From the NCBI GenBank assembly GCA_002633005.1, contig NMRA01000995.1, positions 25,971 to 75,991 of the forward strand: a DNA stretch of 50,021 nt, read 5' to 3'. Below are positions 1 through 13,600 of the stretch, in pieces; the stretch's first letter is position 1; the number at the start of each line of letters is the position of its first letter. Made by a program: the position numbers and the translations under genes. The DNA is from Phoronis australis (lineage: Eukaryota; Animalia; Phoronida). The notes beneath the pieces are model-generated. The model saw nothing but the letters and a program-made list of their open reading frames with translations. It searched no databases and was not told the origin of the DNA.

Positions 1-324
1 CCGTCCACTCCCAACCCACACAAATTTGGCTGCAGAGCGGTAGTATTTGTCGCCGCGCTTAACAATAACATGAGCCGCCATTGAAAATCAGACCACGCTT
101 TACCCAGATGCCCCGGCAATGTTGACAATTTACGTTCCTCCAAAACATATAGACTTCCGCTTTCCGAGGTGAACGTCGTCTGCAACGCCGCGGTAAGAAA
201 GGAATTTTGCCGCGGAAATTTCATATCAAATCCGATTTTTTTACGCGGAAATATTATAAAAAAAGCGGAAAGCACATTTCAAAAAAGCGGAAATCCGCGT
301 TTCCGCGGAAGATTCCAAGCCCTG
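1..324. mobile_element. hAT-like MITE, CAGGGCTTGGAAT family (right part)
   Basis: Highly similar to 8128-8447; ends ATTCCAAGCCCTG; repeated GCGGAAA subterminal motifs. Confidence 0.8.
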
Positions 325-947
325 AATTCTGACGATATATTCGGAAACATAAAACTAAAATTGCCACAAGCGGGCACAGTTGTAGTCGGACACACCAGAA
401 AGTCTTACCTATTTGTCTTGACATTCATAGAAAAACACTTGCCAAATTACACAAAGATCCTATAAGGATTAAGAAGATACAACCCTACTGCAGACACAAT
501 TCAAAATTGTCACTAGGGGGTGCCACAGTAGCTAGGCTCCTCCAAAAACAATGTCAGACATAGTCTTCTCAGCAAGAATACATCTGCCAATTTTCATAAT
601 GATCCTTCAAGCAGTTTGGCAGTTAGAGAGGGCAGATATCAAAAACAGACTCGAAAATAATAAAAATGGCCACTAGGTGACGCAAACGAGGTCTCAACTA
701 ATGCAATGTTGTTTCCTAAACAGAATCTTATTTCCCAAATTTCATGAAAATCCATCAAGGATTTCCTACGATAGACGAGGCAATCACTAAAAACAAAAAT
801 TGTCACTAGAAGGCATGCAGAGTCGTGGTAGTCGAATCAGTCCGAAACTCCTAGTAAATTGTCATCAGACTTATAGGAACATATCTGGCAAATGAGATGA
901 CAGCAGTATGCACCCACATAAATATGTATAAGTGGACGTATCAAAAA
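325..947 (+). repeat. Helentron/DINE-1-like non-autonomous repeat (CCACTAG family)
   Basis: Four ~140-bp subrepeats headed by aaaat(t/g)g(c/t)cac(t/a)ag; similar to 28521-29303; ends in an imperfect hairpin plus A tract. Confidence 0.6.
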
Positions 948-1527
948 TGGAATTCCTCTTGTCCATCATGTATCCTAACCGAAAAAGAATAATAATCCCA
1001 ATCCAGTTCACCACAGAACATTCTGAGTGTCTGTAAGCCTAGAATTTGCTAGCATGTCATCCAATCAGAAGCCAGCTAGGCCACTCGTCCAATGAGACCA
1101 ATCATAACAATTCTAATAATTACAGAAACCATAACCAATCACCAATTTCAGACACTCACTGTTGTCACTTACATTGATCAAAGTAACTTCTTTACTTTTT
1201 TATCAATTAATTGACTGTGCTCTCAACAGATTGACAGCTTTTTACCGCTCTCAAGAGAGAGAAGTTTCTCCTTATTTCAGCTTAAGATGTTTTCCATTAA
1301 AGCTTCTGCAAGTGTTCTCATCCACTTAACACCAACCTTCTTATTAACCTCTGCGCAATTTGCAAACAAGTTGATGCCTTGATAACAAATTTAATGTCAT
1401 TCTTTTTCACACTGTCTGTCCACAGCATGCGACTTGTCAATTCTGCACTGAATAAAAGACAACCGAATGACATTGAACACTGTTCAAGCACAGTCAGGTT
1501 TTAAGAAAACTTAACCCTTGAGATTAC

Positions 1528-1633
1528 CTTGTCTCTCTCCTTTTCTTTCAGTTTTGCTTCAGATCTATTCAAACCTTCATCAAGGAGGTCGATTAGACGC
1601 ACCGTGTCACCAGAGCGAGTCTTGAACTTCTTT
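1528..1633 (-). CDS. RARS1: RARS1 exon 11 ([35 protein letters not shown])
   Basis: ttgttgcag acceptor, AAG|gtaat donor, 106 nt; first base completes the AA|A Lys codon of exon 10; KFKTR is the KMSKS-equivalent loop. Confidence 0.96.
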
Positions 1634-4600
1634 CTGCAACAAATGAGCATAATCCGATCAAAATCTGTGAAACAAAAACAATACAATCACAAGAACTGCC
1701 AAATCAGACAGCTGACGTCTTCCATTAAACAGGTAAGGCCACCAGCATGGGTAATGTAGCTAATAAATAAATGCATTCTGTCAGATCAGTCCCAGTCATG
1801 GCCAACAACACAAATGGTAAGGCGACAAAAGAAGGTCCTGAATCAAGACTGGAGGCATAGGCATGATGACTCTCTTCTTTCCCCCACCATTTTATCAAAA
1901 GCGCCTCTGCCAAAATCCATGTAACTATGAACTGAGAAACCATCAATGCCAAAAGTGAACCAATCAAATTTTGTCACTTTCAACAGAGCTGCTTAACGTC
2001 TAGTTTTTAATTGTTACTGTTCTGTGCCAAGACAGGAAAGGCTTCAATTAGCAGAAACAGATGAGACTCATACTCTGAACTGGCATTTTTATCAAAGTTG
2101 GGACTGCGAACTCTTGCACAGGTCACATGAGTAGAAATGGGGACGGTTGTTCTATAATTCATAACACCAGTGAAGGAGTCAAATCACAAAACATGCTCAT
2201 TTGACTGGAGAATACATAACGTTGAAAAGTTGTTCATGGTCAATACGTTATTTATCAGTTAACATAGATGTCTGGTAAGGCCTGCTAACCAATGTCTCTA
2301 TTCATGCAGGAGGCTCCTTGTTTTTTAATGTGATAGCTTCCTGGATCCATCTTGTACTTCTGTTTACAATCCTGAGACAGGATTTTATAATTGTCCCAGC
2401 TGATGTCCCTATGACCTATAAGGATGATGCCACCCTCAATCACGTCATTAATTTAAATTAAGGCCGTAGAACCCATAGCCCATGTAATAACTCGAATCTG
2501 GTAGTAACTCAATGACTGTGAATGAAGAACTTTGCAATAACATTTAAAAGTGGAACAAAGAGCAGATTTCTGAGAAAAAAATTGACAAATCTGTCAAGCA
2601 AGAACAGAATACTGTGAGACACAGGGTGCATTAATCGAACAGCTGGGCATTCAAAAGTGAACACTTTGATGTATCAGATATGAACATTAGCCAGACCATG
2701 GGCGATAAAGCAGATGAGCATTGTAGTTTCACCAAATTGTTTTATCTAGTCTACGTTATGACCCAATTTTTGGAGAATTATTTGTGTTAGACACTATTCC
2801 CACTGACAGCCATTATACATGTACACTCAGGTAAATTAAGCACCACATAAAGTGTATGAGACCTATTAACTTGAAATGAAGGACTGAAGTGTGAAAGGTC
2901 AGGCAATCACTGATGCATTGATGGGGACCCAGCAAACCAGGCTGTTATAAACAGTCACAGCCAATAATGATCTTGGTTCCTAAGCTGACAGAAAAGAGTT
3001 ATTGTTATACTGCCTTGAGAATTAGCTTAACTGAAGAAGAGATGTAACAAACAAATAGTTAGGGCGAGACACCAAACACACCATCACATTAACGTCTATT
3101 TCCCTGTCAGACCAGGATTGGAACTTTCCGGAGAGCAAAAACTATAATTCCGACTCCTTTAATTTGATCAATTGATCTAAATTGCTGAATGAAGACTGTG
3201 GAATCCTGGCATTAGGGCGGAGGAAAAACACTTAGACACAACATAATCTCCACGACAACGCTCACAGTGCATCGACTGACCTCCCTGACAGCGATACTGT
3301 GTCAATAAATATCAAGAGGGCATTGATAATCAGTCATTACATGTAATGACAACGCAATGAAGAGATTGCCTGAAGCAGTGTTCAAAAGGCAGCCTCAAGG
3401 TAAGGTCTTACGTTTTAATGCTAACGAGTTAGCACTCTCCACCCGCTTTCATTTGTGGAACACAATCGTTTGAAACCCTATCGACAGGCAAAATTTGTAG
3501 AAACAATGTACGATAACAAAGAATCATTATCAAGCTTGGTGGATATACTTAAAAAACAAAAAAAATAATTACTGAATCCGTAGTAACTCTGCTGTAATTG
3601 AGACTAATCCAATAAACTTATTAGATTTCAGAAAAAATATTAATTTTATAGAAGTACTACAACTGCTTCTAAAGACTAAGGCCTCATTTACATGCAATAT
3701 ATTATTGTTTCTAAGCAACATTTTCAGATGTATTGGAAACCTTTGCAAGACAACAAATAGCGGTAAGTTGAATGAAAACTACAGGGGACACGATAAAATA
3801 AAATCAATTTACATCTATCATAATGGCATTTGAAGATATTTGTATAGCATTTATAACGTAGATTTCCTCTCACTGAATGATGTGGTCATTCACTTCTTAA
3901 CAAGATAACGTTGAATCTGAAGAGAAAATATTTTAATTTATAATATAATATTTTTATAGCAACAGAAGCAATTCATATCACAAAATAGATTTAAGCATGC
4001 CTTTGGACAGGTTCTTATTGACTAGACACTTAGACAATAAATCTAAATATAGTTATCAATTATAAAAAGATGAAGATGTTTTGTGAATAAATTAATGATT
4101 ATCATAAATAAACTACCGTACTCATTTTGGTGTATGCCCAGGACTATTACAAAGGTGAAGGCAACGAATTTTATTATTTTTTTGTTGTATTAGAATGTAT
4201 TGTTATCCTAGATGTATTTTCAGGATAACGAAATTCCCTGGTTCCAATTAATTACGCGTGCGTTACGCTGGAAGTAACGCTCGCAGCACATCGCATATCA
4301 TTCCCAGCCACCTTTGTTTACATGCAGTTTGACTCTGTTTGACATCAGATGTGTCATTGTTTTCGTCACCTCGTTACTAGTTAGATATGTTGTTATTTGC
4401 CTTTCTCCGAGACCTATTCAGCGTGCCGGAAAGTTGTTGCGTACTGGCATGGAAGTACCAAGCACTGTGCAGGAAATCCATTTCACCAATTCCCAGTGGA
4501 TGACAAGATACGTCGGTATTGACTCATTCGTGTCAAGAATGCGTTGCCTGTTCACGCCACGGCCAAAGCAGTGTGGAAGATTCGTATGCGAAGCAAACAT

Positions 4601-7600
4601 TTTCTTATCTTCGGTTTATGAAAGGGACATGCATGCAGAGATCGTGAAGGTGTCTGTTGAACATGATATTGGGAAGAACGCCATATTGTCAGTGTTTCCC
4701 TTCTCTGCTCCGTCGCCATGGTGCTAGGAGTGCTATTTTGAAACGCGACGTGTCGTGAATTTCAACCACTGTAGTGACTCAAGGCCACAAGATGGATGGG
4801 TGAAACACAAGTGTGTAAATGAAGCCACCACAGTGTCCAAGGTCAGCAACCAGCACAGCTTCAAAGTATGTGTGTGATTTGTGTTTTTTTGGTCGACAAC
4901 TCGAGCCATTAAGCCTCCATTCCAGATCAAGTAATGGCTAAACCCCATCCAACTAATAGTTCTAGATCAATCTAGGATTTCCCAAACATACTCGCCAAAA
5001 GCAAATAATTACGTCAATTTTTGGAAATATGACACAATCAACATGTCCACAGTGAAGCATTGTGCAAACGAAACTGGTGTAGAATAATTCGGACCACGAA
5101 CGTCACTTCTGGCGTTACGCAAGCATAACATGATATTTTCACAACACCACAGGTAGGATCACGACAATTGTACCCAAGTGTCCAATGAAACTTAAGTAAG
5201 CATGAAGTTCTAATAAATGAAAATCACTTTAACATTAAAGAGTCTTATATAGGATCTACTGCTATGATAATTCCTCTGAGAGTTATGCCATATAAAGACT
5301 GAGACATCTCGAATATTTATATATTAACCTCTCTCATAGTTGACTAAGCTCATTAATTGTGGACAAAATTAATTGGCAGAACTATTTTTTAGTTTGATTC
5401 TTTACATTTATTTAGCACACTAAGTTTACATATAAAGATTCTACACAATGATTACAATCATTCCATGGGTATTAGTTTTTCTGTCACAAAACTAAGTACT
5501 AGTTAAAATGTAATCATGTGGCATTAAATAGTCAACATTCTCCAACATCGCCTCTTCCAAATAATGGGCCGAGAGGTACACTGTACCACTACACATTCAG
5601 TTTCAAAACCAACACAAGCCTCAGGGAAACTTGATGAGCACATAAGGCAAGGCTGGGCGGTCACTTGCCCCTCCCCTCCCCTCCCCTCCCAGTTTAATCT
5701 TCTTTGGTTTACATGCCCAAGATGATGGGGCAAATACACGCAGGAGTTGACAGCACGTCCTTCAGAGAGTATGCACCAACACTTGAGTTCCATAACACTG
5801 TGCATTATGCACCCAACATTAAAATTTGAACTCGTATCAAGCAAGATAGCATAAATCGCCACAGGATTTCTAGAGGTTATGTCTCAAACAGAATAGGCCT
5901 CACTACTTGAACAAGTAATACATTACTGTCACTTCTAACATGTCCACAAAATAAATAATGTCATGATTTTTAAAATGGCAAATGCTGCCTACTTGCTGCA
6001 ATATTCAGCGTTTTCAAAAACTCCACTGATGGCTCAACTTACAGTAAAATGTCACCAATTTCATACAAAAAATTATTAACAAAGTTTTTCTTTTTTCATT
6101 TTAAGGTCTTCTTACATTGTTATGAGTCCCCACAATTTTCATGTTATTTGTTGAACAAAAGTTGAATACGACAAAGCGTCATTTTGGTACTGTATATCAT
6201 TTCTCAAAAAAATGAGTAAATAATATTTTACCTCTCTGCCATATTGCATCTTATAATGGCGACATTTTATCATAACCACTTACTATTTAAAAGTTGTGCG
6301 TATTGTCCCCACCATAAACCTGAAGTGATTTGCATGACTTTTTAGGAATATTTTAAACAAAGCGTTACTGAAAACTGAACACTATACAGTGGACTTCTAG
6401 GTGTGGCCACTTGAGCACTAAAAACTACACAGAGGTTTAAGTGGAAAAGAGAAGGATGGTTTCAAAAGTGAACACAAAATGTTTCTTATAATTTGTGCTT
6501 CGTAGCTGATGACAATGATAACAGCCACGTCGCTGGTTTAACACCCACGATCAACTTTGTGTCTCCATTGCAAGGAAATACTTCAGTTTCACACGAATCA
6601 CATTTTCTTGGTTTCACTTTTTAAACACTACGTGGAAAGGAATTAGAGCTTTAGGTATAGTTTAACAAATCATATGATCGCGCACTTCCTACAGCACCAC
6701 ATGTTATAACAGGAACAATGTTTAGGTCAAGTAACGTAATTCAGAGAATTTCACCAGCTCATGACTAAAAAATTATACAGTTGTTCATCCACAGGAACAC
6801 GCTTTTTGTTGAGAATGGTACAATCTCATCAGTTTGGGAGGAAAATAATTGCCGAAATTACACTTTCTTCACTTTTCAAGATTTCCGAAGATACAGACCG
6901 AGGTAAATGTAAAAAACTAAAATTGCCACTAGGGGGCACATCGGGGGTCAGATTAGTTAAAAAATTCGCTCATACCGTCCCATCCATGAAAGGAACGCAC
7001 CTACAAAATTTGAAGTACATCGAAGGCTTTTGGAGAAAGAGCAGTGGATGCCAAATGGACACCAGGGATGAAGACATAAAAACTGAAGTGAGAAACGAAT
7101 GCATCAAACGAAAATGTGTCCTTTTATTGTGACATTGGTTCAGAGAGTACAGCCACTGGATGTTCAGACTTTTATCCAAATCTTGCATGAAAAGTGAATC
7201 GGTGGATGAACCAGAATCCATTATGTTTCTACTTTGACCTTAACACACAGATTTTTTATGGAGACGCATGCCTATTTTAGAAAGGAAAATTAACTACACT
7301 TGCCCTAATGCTATCAGAAAATACTCTAAACTGAGATAGTTCAGTTAAGCCACTGAAATTCGAAATCAGAAGAAAACTCTCAAAACATTGAGTCTCTAAC
7401 AGCAGTTATTTTTCTGTAACATTATCATATTCGAGTGTGCTCAAAAATAACAAACAGCAAGACTTGAAAAAAAAACTAAAAAAAAAAACAATCGAAACAC
7501 ATCAGTTCTGTACTTCAGTATTTTTACAAGGAAATGTCACTGGAGAAATGTGTGCAATGTGACTACCCTAATATGTGCGCTGCTTTTCAAAATTAGCGTA

Positions 7601-10600
7601 GGATGTGTTATTGTTTGGCTTTACGTCATATCTGTGACCCTACAAACTAATAAGTAAATCTATTTTGAGATGATAGTGAAACTAAAGATTTCCTGATAAA
7701 TTGTATTCACGAGTCACACTTAAGTATTGTCGGAGGTTGTGTTTGAAGCGTTTGGAACAGAGTCAAACTTCATTCCTGGATCAAACTGTTTGAAACTGTG
7801 AGTATTTCTTTTGCAAAAAAGGAAAATGCTGCTTCTAATCGTGACACACCTCTTGTACATCTTAGGATACTTCCTCCATCAAAACCTGTTCAGTGGAAAC
7901 AAACTGCTGCAAATTACCATAACATGTCTTTAACTTCCTGCAGCTTAGAGCTTCAGGGCTTGGAATGACCAATGACAAAAAACGCGGAAACTTTTACGGC
8001 CCAAAACATGCGAGCTACCCAGCCTTGAAATAGTCGATATGAACCTTACGGCGACGAAAATCGGGAGGACAAAAATAAAAAAAACGTTACCACCATCAGT
8101 AGCATGCGTCTGCGTCTTTTTAGCTCGTCCGTCCACTCCCACCCCCACACATTTTTGGCTGAGGAGCCGTAGTATTTGTCACCGCGGTTTACAATCACAC
8201 GAGACGCCATTGAAAATCCCACCACGCTATCCCAGATGCCCCGGCAATGTTGACAATTTACGTTCCTCCGAAACATAAAGAGCAACTTTCCGCTTTTCGA
8301 GGTGAACGTCGTCGTTAAGAAAGGAATTTGCCGCGGAAGTTTTATATCAAATCTGATTTTTTTTTACGCGGAAATATAATAAAATGCGCGGACAGAACAT
8401 TTGAAAAAAGCGGAAATCTGCGTTTCCGCGGAAAATTCCAAGCCTTGTATAATTCAGACAGCATCTCTAATATTGCACTTTTTAACACTTAAGGATAAAA
8501 GAAATATTCTTTAAGAATAATCTTTGCCATGAAGTAAATAGTATTATAAAAACAGCTCTTTTTAAATTCAAACTAAACAATACCGGTTATTTAGAATCTT
8601 AGAAAAATGTCCAAATTTGGACATATCTGAGAAATGACTAATCGGATAAGAAACTTCCATGTACGCATTGTTCTACAAAACGGTTTGGGATTAATTTTAA
8701 AATACTCCACTTTTGCACGAATGGCCATACAAAATTAGGACTTTAATGAATTTTATAACCATGAATAAAATCTTTCCTTAAGAATAGCGTAAACGTTCGG
8801 GTTAACGCCCTGGGCGGTTAAACTGCCAAGCTCAAAAATCCGGGGGTGGGCGGTTAACAAGACAAGGGCGCTTAAACGTGAAATTTCAAAAAATCGCGAG
8901 TGGGCGGTTAACCGAACATGGGTGCTTATTACGACAGACAACTGCCCTAGGCGGTTAATCTTACCTCATGCTCTTTAAAGTCCTCACACGTACATAGTGG
9001 GAACTCGTAACACTTTGCAAAGATCTTAATCGTCACGGAATGCGTACCCTGCGCACTCTAACTAACGCACTGTTTCGAATTTGTGGACTGTGGTCAAATT
9101 CCGAACGTTTGCATAGACAGTGTGCTGCATAATTCAGTGCCTCAGATGAGAACGATTATTGCGAATTCTTCTCTTCATTTCACTAATCTTCGCAGACATT
9201 GGTAAACATGTCATTTTAACCCAGCTGTTGTCACGCACGCGCTGACCGATTTTTCCCCGTTTGATTAGTGCACGTGTGCAAGCTTCACATGCTGCAGAGG
9301 TCACAGCATTTATGGCTACAGTTCCGAGTGCGAGCTGTCCAAGATCTGACCCAAAGAGCAGTCTAAATTCATGTGTGTACCCCCATTTGGCGAAATGGGC
9401 AAAAAGGTCCGCCCCCGAGAGGCAAAAAGTCCGAGAAAATGGGACTGAAATCTTATGTACTGAAGCCGGCGGGGTTCTTAGTTTTCCGAAAAGGGGAAGA
9501 AAATAAAGTGACAAAGCGTTCAAGGTAATGCATTTTGAAGTAAATCCATGACCTGAGACGATAATTTGTTACTTGTATTATAATTCACATTGCCGAACCA
9601 CTGTCTCCGACACTGTCATTGCCCACTTTGTTATCGTCGATTTTTGTCTAAAAATGGGTAATCGCGCGTTTCCTTAGCACTGGGCGGGTAATCATCAATC
9701 TTCAAAAGTTGGGGATGGGCGCTTAACCGAGAGATGGGCGCTTAACCGAGAGATGGGCGCTTAACTGGAAATCTTCAAAAATCGCAGAGGGGCGGTTAAC
9801 CGAGCAGTGGGCGGTTAAATCGAAACGGTATATTCGATCAGAACTGCAAATGTAAGTACTTCTAAAACTCCTTCCAATACTCTCAATTTCAAGAGAGTAC
9901 GGTGGATCTCTCATAGTGTATGTATCATTCGTCAATTATTTCTCACAAAAACAAACGTGAAAATGATAATTTTTCTATTTTTCATATATTGCTGCAAATA
10001 AACAGAAACATAACGAAACGATTGTGACATCTACACAGAGCAAACCTGGCTAAAATAATGCCTAAAGATATTTGACGAATTCTGTCGAAATTCGATTGGC
10101 TTCGTCGAAATTATGGTGAAAACCCAGAAGGAAGCAGAACAAACTTTTCCTACAAAGTTTTGGCAACGTTCAAAGAGAAGAATAATTAATATTCATTAAA
10201 CCAAAATTTCCTCAAACATATTTATCGAGAAATTAAGACAAAAAAACTTTAGTTAATTTTACTTGTCTGCCGTATGCTGAATAGTTGAACACTACCTGTA
10301 CCTAATAACCAATCCAGATATGGCTTATTGTACATATGGAAGCCTGCTGAAATTGCTCCATTGGACTTGTTATTTCATAAAACAACATTTGGTAAAAACT
10401 AAATTATTTACACAAAAAGAATAATTCTTTTAAAAATGAAAAAATGAAATTGTTTGTAATCATTTCTGTGCAAAACCTGGAGAATTAACTAATCTTCATT
10501 GGTTCATAGTTTTTTCAAACAAAGTGAAAGGGAACAAATCAAAATAACACAACATTGAACATCAGTCTGTTTCCAATACAAATTAACATTCATAAAAATA

Positions 10601-13600
10601 CCAGAGCAGCATGAAGCATTGAAATGCGCCCAAGACTGCACCATGTACGGTATACGTCCAAAGTTGTTGTAAGTGTCATAAAAATGGTCACTAGGCGACA
10701 AAGACTACGTTTAACTCATCTGAAAATGGCAAGGCGTTATCGACTGCCTAATAGAAGCCTATTTGCCGAATTCTATAAAAATCTAGAAAGGATCTCAACA
10801 GATACAGAGACAAAAGTTCTGTAAAATATTAAAGCAGTCACTTGAGTCTGGAGATATGCAACTCAGGCAAATTTACTAACAATGTTTAAAGGAAAACCAA
10901 GTCAACCATTTCGTAATCAGAACAAATCGATACCTTCCAACTACAGTTTCAGTTATATAAATTCAAAACAAAGCTACCAGAGTACAGTTTAGAAGAACCC
11001 TCTGGGTTATTTTTAACAAGTATTCATCAAAGCGGGCAGTTGACCATCGACGGTGTTCAGGATATTAATTCAAAGTAATCTGTCGCAACGTTGACGAAGC
11101 TCTTGATCAGCCTTAATTACTCTTGGGATCACCTACGTTTACAGGTGACCAGTCAACGTGCGTAAATGCATTATGATTGTTCCACATCAGCATGGAAGGA
11201 GTAGACAAACACACAGGAACTGGGAGGTCACCATAAAAACACCACCATATGGATATACCGTGATAAAAGAAACGGTGATTTTGAGTAATTTGTTCACTGG
11301 ACACATCAAAGACTTTGTCACGTCACAAATGACATTTTTGATTAATTTTCTGCTGAGGATTAAAGGAAACGATCTTGTAGTGGCTAGGCTTGGTATATTT
11401 TCCTGAATGAAGACAACAGTTGCAGGATGCCTACATGGAACTTTCAGATGTCGTCTGCTTTACTCTCAAAACACTGTTGGGGGTTGTTTATAAAATATTC
11501 CAATTTAGCATCAGAGATTATCACAAACAGGACTTTCACAATTTTCATGGTACAAATCATGTTGCATAATAAGAAAACAAATTATAAATACCATTGGTCT
11601 CCTACCAATGTACCTTTTGAGTTTCTTTTTTGCTTAACTTTACTAAAAAAAGACATGACAACAGGCGACCCAGTCAAAAATCAAATTCTTTAGGCTTTAT
11701 ACTTTCACAGAATTTGTACGTTTATTGAATTAAAATCGACAATTTTGTAGACATTTGGGTAAATACAAAGACTTGTTGACAAGATCTTGTATAACTTTAA
11801 GCGTGACTTCATACAAGCCATGATAACAGGAACATCACCAGAATCTTGAAAATTTATAGCACAAATGTTCAAACTGTGGAATTATTCGTAGAGTTCAAAG
11901 GTAAACAATTTGGGGAAAAAATTCTAGAAAAATCCCATAAAAAATTACCCAAGAAACGTTTAGCATTTTTGTGAGTGTTACAGCGCATTAAGCGTTGACC
12001 TTGTGATTATTAATTGATTTTACATGACTTGTAATGCAAATCAGTCTGTGTACTTAGCTACCAATATTGTTACCAGTGCTTACACAGAGGAGTCAAAGTG
12101 CATGAGAACTATGAGAAATGACACGGGGGAGGGGCATTCAAACATTAACCCAATTTTACAAAATTTATTTCAGTTTCTTAAGACTATCTAATGGTGAGAA
12201 AATGTCACTGCTGCCGTTCATCACTTAAGTGGTGAAAACAAAGCTTGGCAGTGCTACAGGGATGAAAGTGTGAAATCAATGTCGTAAGAAAAGGGTGGTG
12301 CAGTTTTCGTGTGCACAGTAAACATCAATGAAACTATTGGGCCAGTGGCAATGGAACCCAAAACTAAAAAATGCTGAATCCCCACACAGAATAGTAATGC
12401 TACTCGTTAATATGCAACAATACGGCGTGGATTTATTTGCTGACTATTGCAAAACTTAGTTACATGACTTCAACCTCAAACTGCAATCAGCCTCGACCAA
12501 AAATATCTTTAAGTCGATTTGACTGTAGTGTTCTGGACTATACCACTCAAAATTTGCACATTTTCGCACAACCATAATTCTAGCTCAACTAGATCAATTT
12601 TGAAGATATGACATTTTGGCTCTTGTTTTCATGCAACAGCGGACAAAAAAGGCAGTTTTGAGTGTTGTACAGCCATGAAAGCGGATCCGCAATGATCTCA
12701 CTATTTCACAAAAAACAGCAATGCAAGATGGTACATATGGATACTTAACAATGCTGGTGATAATACAGATAAGTTATGTCCCATGACACAGTTAAAATTT
12801 AGAACCATGTACATTAGACAGCTACAACTATGCAGGTGCAACAAATTTCTTCATCGAAGCTTAAGTTATACTGCTTGCTTAATGCTTAGTCATTTGTGTT
12901 CTGTTATGCTTATTTGTGTTCAGTATTTCGTAAGATTCAAGTTCACAGTTTTTTGTTAATTTTCATGTTTTCATATGTCCTTTGTGTGAAGAAGTGTGAA
13001 GTCTACGCATAGAGCTTGTAGGGGATTATGGTAGTCAAGTTTTTATTTTTGAGTAGCTATCCGATAGGAAGCGGGGGATAAGAAAAGGATAATTTTCCCA
13101 GCCCCACTGAAGTTGGGGGTCCTTGCCTCCTCTGATTAATTGGCATCAACAAAATCTCAGAGTTTCTGGTGCAAGGAAACGTGACATGGCGATGGCAAAT
13201 ATGTTGCGACCAGGAGGTCAAGTTACCGTAGGCCGCACTGGAGAAAACCTTCCTGTGCTGTATCGTAAAAAATCAAGATTCTGGGGACTGTTTAATGAAT
13301 TTTGTCTCTAGGTTACCTGAGCAACTTTCAATTGAAATTTATGTTTTTACAGAGGGTTCCATTAAGCAGCGCCTTTGGAAGTCGGTATAGCGGTAGGCCA
13401 CACGGTACAAGCATGCGAGATGTCGACCGTATCTGTTGAAAACGTAACCTTCAATGCCTCAAGACCAACAGGAATAGCCACGCCTATTAATATTTTGGCT
13501 TTGGGAATGCTCTCCACTTCTTGCTTGGTGGGCGTTGTGGGAAATGTTTGCATCTTGGTTGCTCTGGCAACTGACTGGCATTTGAAAAAACGGAAGTTTT

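Noticed and set aside
1725-1967. Hydrophobic 80-aa ORF as a second GPCR or membrane protein fragment
   Set aside because: No GPCR motifs, non-ATG start and no supporting splice structure.
13375-13419. TTG start for the GPCR (526 aa)
   Set aside because: Eukaryotic gene; ATG 13420 directly precedes the N-glycosylation sequons.
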